From: Myxococcota bacterium | GTDB taxonomy: Bacteria > Myxococcota_A > UBA796 > UBA2385 | DNA length: 64,000 nucleotides | Direction: 5' to 3' | Assembly (NCBI GenBank): GCA_044344255.1 | Contig: JBIJDH010000001.1 | Span: 160,001-224,000, forward strand | Shown: positions 48,519 through 56,605 of the stretch, one piece after another | Layout: every line of letters starts with the position of its first letter | How positions within the stretch are numbered: position 1 is the first letter of the stretch | Notes under the pieces: model-generated | The model's database searches: none | Told to the model about the DNA's origin: nothing | The model's input: only the letters and a program-made list of their open reading frames with translations | Translations under genes and position numbers: made by a program

Positions 48519-48920
48519 TCAGCTGGGAAAGTGCTCGACATGGGTCTCCGCGGTGCGGCCATAGTAAACCACGCGCCGGCCGAGGAATGACACCGTGTAG
48601 CCCGCGCACCCGGCCGCCCTCACCGAGCGGCCGAACCCGGCGTAGCTGTAGCCGGGGGCCTTGGCCTGGGCCTCGCGCACGGCCCGCTCGACCACCGGAG
48701 CCTGAAACTCGGCCGCGACCGACGCGCGCTCCTCGGGAATCGCCAGCTCGATGCTCGCGCCGCTGGGCAGGAAGTATGTGGCCCGGTTGAGCCGGTAGTC
48801 AACGGTGTAGGACTCAAACCCCGCCTCGATCAGCGCGCGGACAATCGCGGGGAAGTCCATCGTCCCCTCGTAGGCGGCGGCGAGGCAGCGTTCGGCCATC
48901 TGGGTCTGGGCGTCGGACAT
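48519..48920 (-). CDS. DUF1398-family protein
   Basis: GTMDFP.IV..L..AG.ESY.VD, AGCAGYTVSFLGRRVVYYGR.AETHVEHFP. Confidence 0.85.
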   Translation of the reverse strand: MSDAQTQMAERCLAAAYEGTMDFPAIVRALIEAGFESYTVDYRLNRATYFLPSGASIELAIPEERASVAAEFQAPVVERAVREAQAKAPGYSYAGFGRSVRAAGCAGYTVSFLGRRVVYYGRTAETHVEHFPS

Positions 48921-49149
48921 GGCGTTCTCGCTCCATTCGTGCGTTGGGTGGGTGGGCGGCGGGCGCCTCCCGCCCGGCCTGCACATCCTATCCGCAAATA
49001 CTTTCCTAGGCAACCATATGGAGGCCCACCACCGAGCGTAGAGCGCACGCGAACCGGAGCCGAGGCTCACCTGCCCGGGACCGTCGGCGCCTCGCTCCCA
49101 CGCCGCTCACCCACGGCGTGACCATCCCCCCTCAACCCGTCGCTCGGCC

Positions 49150-50067
49150 CTACCCCTCGCGGGAGAGGTCGGCTGCGGCGCTGCTCAGGAGGCCCCGGAA
49201 CCAGACGTGCTCAGGCGCCCCATCCACCCTCGGGTGCCAGACCGCCATCAGCGTGTAGGTCGGCACCGGCAACGGCGTGGGGAGGGCTCGGAGCGGCAGC
49301 CGCCCCTCCACCGCTGCGACCAGCCGCCGCGACACCGTGAGCAGCAGATCGCCGTCCCCCAGCTGCCAGAGCGCAGAAAGGAAATTCGGGACAGTGCGCA
49401 CGATCCGCCGCGCGAGGCCTCGCTCGGCGAGCACCTCGTCGATGGCGCCGACCGGCGTTCCGCGGGGCGCGACGAGCAGGTGCCCCTCCTCGAGGAACCG
49501 CTCCAGCGTGAGCTCCCTGTCCCGGAGGCGGGGGTGGTCGGGGCGGCACACCGTCACAAAGCCGTCCGAGAACAGCCTCCGGCCGCGCATCTCCGGCGGT
49601 GCCTCCGGAAATACGCCCAAGGCGACGTCTACCTCCCCGGCGCGGAGCTCCTCCATCACGGTCGGGAAGAGGGGGCGCTCGTGCAGCGCCGCGCTCGGGG
49701 CGCCCGCGCGGAGCGCCGCCGCGACCCGAGGCAGCAGGACGGTCGAGATGTGGTCGGTGCACACCACGCGGAAGGCGTGCGCACAGGTGGATGGATCGAA
49801 GCGCGCGGGGGGCTCCAAGGCCCGCCGGACGCCGTCGAGCGCCTCTCGCACCGGGACAGCGAGCGCCTCCGCGCGCGGCGTCGCGACCAGCCCGGCGCCC
49901 GCGCGCACGAGGAGCTCATCGCTGAGGAGCCCGCGCAAGCGACCGAGGGTGTGGCTCATGGCGGAGGGCGTGACACCCGCGGCCCGTGCAGCCCCTCTCA
50001 CGGAGCGGTGCTCCAGGAGCTGATCGAGGGCCACGAGGAGGTTGAGGTCGATCGCGGAGAGGTTCAC
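49150..50067 (-). CDS. LysR-family transcriptional regulator
   Basis: IDLNLLVALDQLL, TPSAMSHTLGRLR, substrate-binding domain. Confidence 0.95.
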   Translation of the reverse strand: MNLSAIDLNLLVALDQLLEHRSVRGAARAAGVTPSAMSHTLGRLRGLLSDELLVRAGAGLVATPRAEALAVPVREALDGVRRALEPPARFDPSTCAHAFRVVCTDHISTVLLPRVAAALRAGAPSAALHERPLFPTVMEELRAGEVDVALGVFPEAPPEMRGRRLFSDGFVTVCRPDHPRLRDRELTLERFLEEGHLLVAPRGTPVGAIDEVLAERGLARRIVRTVPNFLSALWQLGDGDLLLTVSRRLVAAVEGRLPLRALPTPLPVPTYTLMAVWHPRVDGAPEHVWFRGLLSSAAADLSREG

Positions 50068-50224
50068 GTGTGTTCGATATCGCTCATCCCGCAGCTGAGC
50101 ATGTTCAACTTTCCTCCTGTCGGTCTCGGCGCTACCTTCCTGACCTGAGAACCCCCGTTTCCTGGACCGTCACTCCCTTCATCGGCGGATTCGTCCTTAT
50201 CAACCTCTGACCCGGAGTTGTCCC

Positions 50225-50590
50225 ATGCCTTCGCTCCCCACCGGCCGATGCCACTGTGGCGCCGTCACCGTCGAGGTGCCCCCCTCCTCGTTCGGCGTCC
50301 TCGCTTGCCACTGTGACGACTGCCAGCGCCTCCACGGCAACTTCTTCGCGTTCGTCGCCGCACCCGCCGCGGATGTGGTGTGGACGGGCGAGGAGCACAT
50401 CCGGTGGTACGACAGCTCGCCTGCGGCCCGGCGGTCCTTCTGCGAGCGCTGCGGGAGCCGCCTCGCGAAGAGGCCGGTCGGCTCCGATCGCGTGCTCGTG
50501 AGCGTGGGGCTCTTCGGTCCCGACACCGGGCTCCGCATCGCGAAGGAGCTGTATGCGGACCGCAAGCCCGACTGGTACGCCCACCCCTGA
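50225..50590 (+). CDS. GFA-family (glutathione-dependent formaldehyde-activating-like) protein
   Basis: GRCHCGAV, CHCDDCQR, RSFCERCGS. Confidence 0.92.
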   Translation: MPSLPTGRCHCGAVTVEVPPSSFGVLACHCDDCQRLHGNFFAFVAAPAADVVWTGEEHIRWYDSSPAARRSFCERCGSRLAKRPVGSDRVLVSVGLFGPDTGLRIAKELYADRKPDWYAHP

Positions 50591-50604
50591 TCCCTGGAGC
50601 TCCC

Positions 50605-50823
50605 ATGCGCAACGTAATCCTCGGCGCCGGTCGCGTCGGCGGGACCCTTGGCCGGCGGCTCGCCGACGCCGGTCACACCGAGGTGTACGGCCTCCGACCC
50701 GGACGGGACGGTCTCCCCGTTGAGCTCCGCGGCGAGCGCGCCTGGGCCGCCGCGGAGGCGGCGCTCGCCGGTGGTGGCGACTTCGGCGGGAAGCCGCTCT
50801 TCGACACGACCAACCCCACATGA
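50605..50823 (+). pseudogene. Truncated NADPH-dependent F420-reductase-like Rossmann protein
   Basis: ILGAGRVGGTLGRRL..AGH and GK..FDTTNP, but only 72 aa; internal and C-terminal parts missing. Confidence 0.65.
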
Positions 50824-51629
50824 CGACCCTCCGACTCTCCAACGGGGTTGAGATCCCCATCGTGGGGCTCGGGGTCTTCCGCGCCGGCCCCGCCGAGACC
50901 AGGGGCGCCGTACGCGCCGCGATCGAGGCCGGATATCGGCACGTCGACACGGCGCGGGTCTACGGCAACGAGGAGGCTGTGGGCGCGGCGATCCGGGAGT
51001 GCGGTGTGCCCCGTGACGCGCTCTTCGTCACGACGAAGCTCTGGAACGCCGACCAGGGAGAGGAGAAGGCGCTGGCCGCCTTCGAGGAGAGCCGTCGCCG
51101 GCTCGGGCTGGAGCAGGTCGACCTCTACCTGGTCCATTGGCCCGTGCCCGGGCTCCGCCTGGGCTCGTGGCGCGCCCTGGAGCGCCTCCTGCACGACGGC
51201 CGGGTGCGCGCCATCGGGGTGAGCAACTTCCTCTCCCCCCACCTGGACGAGCTGGAAGGGGCGGCGCAGGTGCTTCCGCACGTCGACCAGATCGAGGTCC
51301 ACCCGTTCCACCAGCAGCGGGAGACGCGCGCCTGGTGCGCCCGTCGCGGGGTGGCCGTGGAGGCGTACAGCCCGCTCACGAGAGGCGCGCGCCTGGAGCA
51401 CCCGACCCTGCGAGCGATCGCCGCACGGCTGGGCCGGACCCCTGCGCAGGTGCTCTTGCGCTGGGGCGTCGAGGCTGGGATGGTGGTGCTGCCCAAGTCT
51501 GTCCGCCCCGCGCGGATCACCGAGAACGTGGCGCTCTTCGACTTCGCCCTCGACGACGCGGCGCGCGCGGCGCTCGACGCCCTGGACGAGGGCCTGGCCA
51601 CCGGCTGGGATCCGCGTGGCCAACCCTGA
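50820..51629 (+). CDS. Aldo/keto reductase (2,5-DKG reductase-like)
   Basis: GYRHVDTARVYGNE, LFVTTKLW, DLYLVHWP, IGVSNF, YSPL, LPKS. Confidence 0.95.
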   Translation: MTTLRLSNGVEIPIVGLGVFRAGPAETRGAVRAAIEAGYRHVDTARVYGNEEAVGAAIRECGVPRDALFVTTKLWNADQGEEKALAAFEESRRRLGLEQVDLYLVHWPVPGLRLGSWRALERLLHDGRVRAIGVSNFLSPHLDELEGAAQVLPHVDQIEVHPFHQQRETRAWCARRGVAVEAYSPLTRGARLEHPTLRAIAARLGRTPAQVLLRWGVEAGMVVLPKSVRPARITENVALFDFALDDAARAALDALDEGLATGWDPRGQP

Positions 51630-51648
51630 CCCCCTCCGAGGACCGGGC

Positions 51649-52863
51649 ATGAGCGAGCATTTGACCCAGGAGGAGGAGCGCCGGACCACGTTCCTCGAGC
51701 TGTTCTTCGACCTCGTCCTCGTCTTCGCCGTCACCCAGCTGGCGGCGATGCTGCACGACGTGCCCCACCACGCGCCAGGGCACGAGATGGTTGGGGTGGC
51801 GGAGGTCGCGCTGCTCGCAGCGCTGACCTGGTGGCTCTGGTCCCAGTTCGCCTGGCTCGGCACCAGCGTCCGCCTGGCCGCCGCCGTGCCCCGCGCGCTC
51901 ACGCTGGTGCTGACCGGGATCGTGCTGATCGCCGCTGTGGGTCTGCCCGTGGCCTTCCAGCCGGGTGTCGCCGTGTTCGGCGTGGCGTACGGGCTCGTCA
52001 AGCTCGGCGCGCTCGTCCTCTACCGCATCGACACCGCAGACGACCGCGCCCACGCTGCCGCGGTGGACGCCTACCTCGGTCGGGCCGCGATCGCGCCCCT
52101 GCTCGTCATGGGGGCCTCCTTCGTGTCGCCGGGGCTGCGGCTCGTGCTGTGGTCCGTCGCGCTCGCCATCGAGGTGGGGGGCACCCTCCAGGTCGGCCGG
52201 CAGGCTTTCCGCGTGAGCCCCCTGCACTTCGCCGAGCGCCACGCCCTCGTGCTCATCGTCGTGCTCGGCGAGGCGGTGGTCGCGCTTGGCGGAAAGGCGG
52301 TCGCCTCCACGCTGTCCGTGGCGGCCATCGGGGGGCTCCTCGGTGGCTTCGCGCTCGTGGCGGCGCTCTGGTGGAGCTACTTCGCCTGGAGCGCAGAGGC
52401 CGGCGAAGCTTGGCTCCGCGGGCACGGGCGGTCCTTCGCGCAGGGCGATGTGGGCGCCGCGGCGCGGATGGCACGAGACGCCTTCACCTTCGGCCACTTC
52501 CCGCTGGTAGCCGGCATGATCGCGGTGGCCGTGGCGCTCAAGGACCTCGCGGCGGAGCCCCTCTCCCCCTGGTCGGGCGCGGCCCGCGTGTCGATCGCGG
52601 TCGGCCTATCCCTTTACCTCGGGGGGCACGCGGCGGTGGTCTGGCGCGGCGCCGGGCAACGATTGGTCGAGCGCCTGCTCATCATCCCAGTCGTGGTCGC
52701 GACGGCGGCCTTCGCGCCGCTTCCGGCGGGGCTGACCTCAGCGCTGCTCGCGGCGCAGCTCCTCGTCGCGCTCTCGTTCGAGTCCCGGCGCTGGCGCCAA
52801 GCGCGAGCGTCGGCGATTGCCCAGGAGCCAGCGGGTGACCGTTCGACCGGGGCGAGCGACTGA
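51649..52863 (+). CDS. ltrA: Low temperature requirement protein A family membrane protein
   Basis: TFLELFFDLVLVFAVTQL, HFAERHAL..IVVLGE, LWWSYF. Confidence 0.88.
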   Translation: MSEHLTQEEERRTTFLELFFDLVLVFAVTQLAAMLHDVPHHAPGHEMVGVAEVALLAALTWWLWSQFAWLGTSVRLAAAVPRALTLVLTGIVLIAAVGLPVAFQPGVAVFGVAYGLVKLGALVLYRIDTADDRAHAAAVDAYLGRAAIAPLLVMGASFVSPGLRLVLWSVALAIEVGGTLQVGRQAFRVSPLHFAERHALVLIVVLGEAVVALGGKAVASTLSVAAIGGLLGGFALVAALWWSYFAWSAEAGEAWLRGHGRSFAQGDVGAAARMARDAFTFGHFPLVAGMIAVAVALKDLAAEPLSPWSGAARVSIAVGLSLYLGGHAAVVWRGAGQRLVERLLIIPVVVATAAFAPLPAGLTSALLAAQLLVALSFESRRWRQARASAIAQEPAGDRSTGASD

Positions 52864-53113
52864 CCTGGATCGCGGAGGGGTCACGAGCCTCGACCCACCG
52901 GACCTCGAGAGGAGCTCGGCGCTCGGCGTTGGGACGAGCCCTGGCCACCGGGCCATCCGGCCGCCGCGACGACGTGGCGGAGGCACCCGCGGGTGCAGCC
53001 CCCCCGCGCGAGCGTCAGCCCACGCGACGGCGGGAGCCCTTCGCCGGATTCGAACCACGATGCAAGGGTCTTACCGGGCTCGGGGTGGTCGAATCACGCG
53101 GAGCGCCACCCCC

Positions 53114-53186
53114 TCGAACCCCCAAAAGTCAGGAAGGCCCGCCGAATCTCACGATTCTGACGGGCCTTCAGGAGGTTGGTCGGGGT
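53114..53186. repeat. 73-bp direct repeat of 59185..59257 (tRNA-Pro 3' end + terminator); att-like site
   Basis: 70/73 identical to the copy overlapping the tRNA 3' end. Confidence 0.93.
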
Positions 53187-53479
53187 CACAGAATGCATAT
53201 CGAACTTTCTGGCTCGACCCCAGGGGGTGGTGCAGCGAGCGCATGCTTGCTTTCGAGGCTGCGATCCGGCTGGATGTGGGACCTGGGAGGTGACGGGGTC
53301 CTGGGGTCCTGGGCGGCCGACCCCGCCGTGGCCGACGGGTGAGGGGCACTTGGTGGTGGCGCCCCACTGCTCGGCACCGACTCAGACCTCGGTGGGGCCC
53401 GGGAAGGTGCAAGCAGTCCCTAACTTCCGCCGAGCCCGAGCCATCGCCGCCGCGACGACGTGCCCGGGACGACGGCGCG

Positions 53480-53519
53480 TTGTCTTGGCGCCGCAGGTCG
53501 GGTATGATGAAGTCATACC
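53480..53519 (+). promoter_or_regulatory. Putative sigma70 promoter with overlapping palindromic operator for the TA operon
   Basis: TTGTCT (53480) - 17 bp - TATGAT (53503); GGTATGA-N5-TCATACC at 53501-53519; AGGAG at 53522. Confidence 0.65.
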
Positions 53520-53532
53520 GCAGGAGAATGCG

Positions 53533-53814
53533 ATGGCCCACGCTGAGAAGCGCACCTTCAGCCTCCCCGCCGAGCATGCGACCTTCATCGACGAACAGGT
53601 CGCGTCGGGCAGCTATGCGTCCGCGAGCGAGGTGGTCCGCGCCGGGTTGCGCGCACTGCAGGAGCGCGACGCGGCCGTTGAACGATGGCTTCGCGAAGAG
53701 GTCGCCCCGGTCTATGACGCCATGAAGGCTGATCCTGGGCGCGCTCGGAGCATGGAGGAGGTCTTCGGTGCGATCCGTGCCCGACACGCCAAGACGCTTG
53801 CAGATAGCTCGTGA
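53533..53814 (+). CDS. Type II antitoxin, ParD-like ribbon-helix-helix
   Basis: TFSLP..FID.QVASGSYASASEVVRAGLRALQER. Confidence 0.9.
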   Translation: MAHAEKRTFSLPAEHATFIDEQVASGSYASASEVVRAGLRALQERDAAVERWLREEVAPVYDAMKADPGRARSMEEVFGAIRARHAKTLADSS

Positions 53815-54110
53815 AGGAGCGTAGCGTCGTCCTCGCGCCTGAAGCGGTAGAAGACCTCAACGAGCTCTACGACTGGGTCGCTGCCCAAGCCTCGCCTGAT
53901 GTAGCGATGGGCTACCTCAAACGGGTCGAAGCCTTTTGTCAGCGGTTGAGCCTCGGATCCGAGCGGGGACACCTGCGCGGCGACATTCGACCCGGCCTCC
54001 GGATCACGGGGTTCGAGCGCCGCTTGACCATCGCGTTCACCGTAGAAGAGGAGACCGTGACGGTGCTTCGCGTGTTCACCGCCGGGCGGAACTGGGAGAC
54101 GTCGTTCTGA
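53811..54110 (+). CDS. Type II toxin, RelE/ParE family
   Basis: LAPEAVEDL.ELYDW, RG..R.DIRPGLR, V.VLRVF..GR; GTGA overlap with the antitoxin. Confidence 0.9.
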   Translation: MKERSVVLAPEAVEDLNELYDWVAAQASPDVAMGYLKRVEAFCQRLSLGSERGHLRGDIRPGLRITGFERRLTIAFTVEEETVTVLRVFTAGRNWETSF

Positions 54111-54283
54111 CGCCGCGCGCCGACCTCGGGTCCGGCGACCGCAAAGACCCGGCCCGATGGAGGTCGACCCGATCGGGATTCGAATCACGAAAGCTTACGT
54201 TTAGCCTGCATAATATGGCGATAGGCACGCCGTAAATGCAGAACGACCCGGCGAGAACCAAGGTTCAAGTCGGGTCGCTAATA

Positions 54284-54324
54284 TGGTCGGGGTCACAGAA
54301 TGCATATCGAACTTTCTGGCTCGA
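54284..54324. repeat. 41-bp exact repeat of 53177..53217 (tRNA 3' end + cassette end)
   Basis: tggtcggggtcacagaatgcatatcgaactttctggctcga in both places; weaker similarity continues about 45 bp. Confidence 0.95.
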
Positions 54325-54553
54325 TTCCCAGGGGTGGGGAAGCGAGCGGGTGTTGGCGTTCGTGGCTGCTTCGACCTCTCCCGAGCCCTCCCTATCCCTG
54401 GGGCACCTGCACCGGGCGCCTTAGCGTATCGAAAGCGGGCGCCCGTGGGCTGGTCCTCGACCTCACCCGGGCAGTTGGCCGAGTGGCGAGCCGCACGCAC
54501 CTCGCATCGTCGCATGGGTTGGCGTGCCTCAGGTCGTGCCGCTATGCTCCGTC

Positions 54554-56605
54554 ATGCTCCCCGCCCTCCTCCCCGTCCTCCTCCTCGCCTGCTCCACCCC
54601 GTTCCCGTGCGCGCAGGACGAGCTACTCGACGCCGACGGCAGCTGCGTCCCCGGCTCGAAGAACACCGGCGCCGAAGATGACACCGGCCTCGACACGAGC
54701 GACGACACCGGAGAGCCCCCGGACACCGACGACACCGCCCCCCAAGATGCCGACGGGGACGGCAGCACCGCCGACGAGGACTGCGATGACGGAGATCCGC
54801 AGACGTTCCCCGGCGCGGTCGAGGCCCGCGACGGACGTGACCAGGACTGCGATGGGTATGTCGACGAGGACGTGCCGGACCTGCTCTTCGACCTCGCCGA
54901 CCCGCGCCATGCGGTATGGGGTCTCGGGGCGAACATCTGGCCCGACGCCGATGCGTGGGTGGCCCCGTTGGACACGCTCCATGGGCGCCTCGTGCGCGCC
55001 AACCTGGGCCCGGTCTGGGACACCACCGGCGTGGATGTGCCGCTCGGCGGCGGCGCGTCGGACTACGACGCCTACGTGGCCTCGGCGATGGCGACGACCG
55101 GCTTCGGGAGCCTCGAGGACGCGCTCACCACGTCGGCCGAGATTGACCGCCTCGGCCTGGACCTCGTGCTCGTGAACTTCGAAGCCCCGTCCGAGATGGA
55201 GGCGTCGGGCGTCCTCCAGTCGGCGTACGTCGAGGACTACGCGCACCTCGTCGCGGCGCTGGTGGGCCACCTCGCCGACAACGGGATCGACGTCCCCTGG
55301 CTGGAGGTGACGAACGAGCCGGACGGCTCGTGGAACACCTATGTGTACCCGTCCGACTACTCGGCGCTGATCGTCGCCGTCCGCGCCGACCTCGACGCCC
55401 GAGGACTCGTCGACACGCGCATCGCGGGGCCGGGGCTCTCCACCCTCGCGCAGGGCGGCGCCTCCACGCGGTTCCTCGACGCGCTCACGCCCGACGCCGT
55501 CGCCGCGCTCGGCGCCTGGTCGGCCCACGGCTACGACGACACCTACGCGAACGGGGACGGCGTGACCGTGTTTCGCGACGCTGTCGCGGACTTCTCCGCG
55601 AGGACGCGCGAGGTCGATCCCGACCTGCCGTTTCTGCTCACCGAGTTGGCCTCGATGGACCCGAGCTACCATGGCGTCGCGACCGAGAGCCCTCTCACGT
55701 GTGGCGACTGGTCCTCCACCGAGGGATACGGCGTGCGGATGTTGACGTACACGCTCCTGGCGCTCGGGGAGGGGGCGTCGGCGGTCCTCCCCTGGCAGGC
55801 AGCCGACCCGGATTGGGGGGGGTGCTGGGGCAGCTTCGGCATGGTGGATGTCGAAGGGACGGCGCGCCCCTTCCTGGCCACCCTCGCGGCGTTGGCACAG
55901 GCGTTACCGGACGATGCCCGGCTTGTGGGCCCGGACGAGCGCGACCCGGCGATGGCTGTCGCCGGGTTCGTGGCCGAGGACCGCTTCGTCCTCGCGCTTG
56001 CCAACCCCACATCGGAGCCGCGCACCCGGACCATCGGATGGACCGGCGCCGACACCCTGGCGCTGACGAGCAGCGTCGGCGTTGGCGGCGCGTCGTACTC
56101 GGAGGAGTACGGGTTCGAGGACGTAAAGACCCTCGCCTTCGGCCCGGGCATCTGGCAGGACACCTCGAGCGCGGAGTACTTCGCGGACGACGACGCCCGG
56201 CTCGGCGGCGCCGGCGGGGCGTGGATCATCCTCGGGGACGGCACGCCCATCACCGACTTCACGCTCGACGCGTGGCGCTGGAGCGGGATCGAGTCCGGGT
56301 CGTTCGCCGTGGAGGCCAGCGAGGACGGCGTCACCTGGACCCCCGTGGCGGTCGACGAGGCCGTCGAGTCAGGTCCGTGGGATCGCGTGACGTTCACCCC
56401 GCCAGCGATGCTGGCGGGGTGCGGCTGGATCCGAGTGACATGGCCCACCCTCGATCCCGAGTGGGCGCTCGAGTTGGGCGGCGCCGCGCTCGACCTCCAA
56501 CCCGGCCCCCTCGAGGTTCCCGACCCCGGGCCCATCGGAGCCCCGCGTACGATCTCCGTGGAGGTCCCCGCCGAGAGCGGACTCGTCCTCGTGCTGTCCC
56601 GATGA
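54554..56605 (+). CDS. Lipoprotein with putative metal-binding (DCDD) motif and clan GH-A-like glycoside hydrolase domain
   Basis: LLLAC; DADGDG..DCDD.D..FPGA.E..DG.DQDCDG.VDE; TNEPDG, SAHGY, LTE. Confidence 0.72.
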   Translation: MLPALLPVLLLACSTPFPCAQDELLDADGSCVPGSKNTGAEDDTGLDTSDDTGEPPDTDDTAPQDADGDGSTADEDCDDGDPQTFPGAVEARDGRDQDCDGYVDEDVPDLLFDLADPRHAVWGLGANIWPDADAWVAPLDTLHGRLVRANLGPVWDTTGVDVPLGGGASDYDAYVASAMATTGFGSLEDALTTSAEIDRLGLDLVLVNFEAPSEMEASGVLQSAYVEDYAHLVAALVGHLADNGIDVPWLEVTNEPDGSWNTYVYPSDYSALIVAVRADLDARGLVDTRIAGPGLSTLAQGGASTRFLDALTPDAVAALGAWSAHGYDDTYANGDGVTVFRDAVADFSARTREVDPDLPFLLTELASMDPSYHGVATESPLTCGDWSSTEGYGVRMLTYTLLALGEGASAVLPWQAADPDWGGCWGSFGMVDVEGTARPFLATLAALAQALPDDARLVGPDERDPAMAVAGFVAEDRFVLALANPTSEPRTRTIGWTGADTLALTSSVGVGGASYSEEYGFEDVKTLAFGPGIWQDTSSAEYFADDDARLGGAGGAWIILGDGTPITDFTLDAWRWSGIESGSFAVEASEDGVTWTPVAVDEAVESGPWDRVTFTPPAMLAGCGWIRVTWPTLDPEWALELGGAALDLQPGPLEVPDPGPIGAPRTISVEVPAESGLVLVLSR

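Noticed and set aside
50082..50100. GCTCA-N9-TGAGC palindrome as a LysR box
   Set aside because: Spacing does not fit T-N11-A, and it is too short to call
52864..53480. Integrase or transposase remnant beside the att-like repeats
   Set aside because: No recognisable tyrosine/serine recombinase or DDE motifs in the listed ORFs
53114..54324. Extra tRNA genes at the repeat copies
   Set aside because: Only the last 10 nt of the tRNA are present; no cloverleaf can be formed
55330..56601. N-terminal half of the 1192-aa ORF (apparent fusion or frameshift)
   Set aside because: Arg-rich out-of-frame read of the upstream GH gene; the real protein begins near 56602-56695 with its own lipobox
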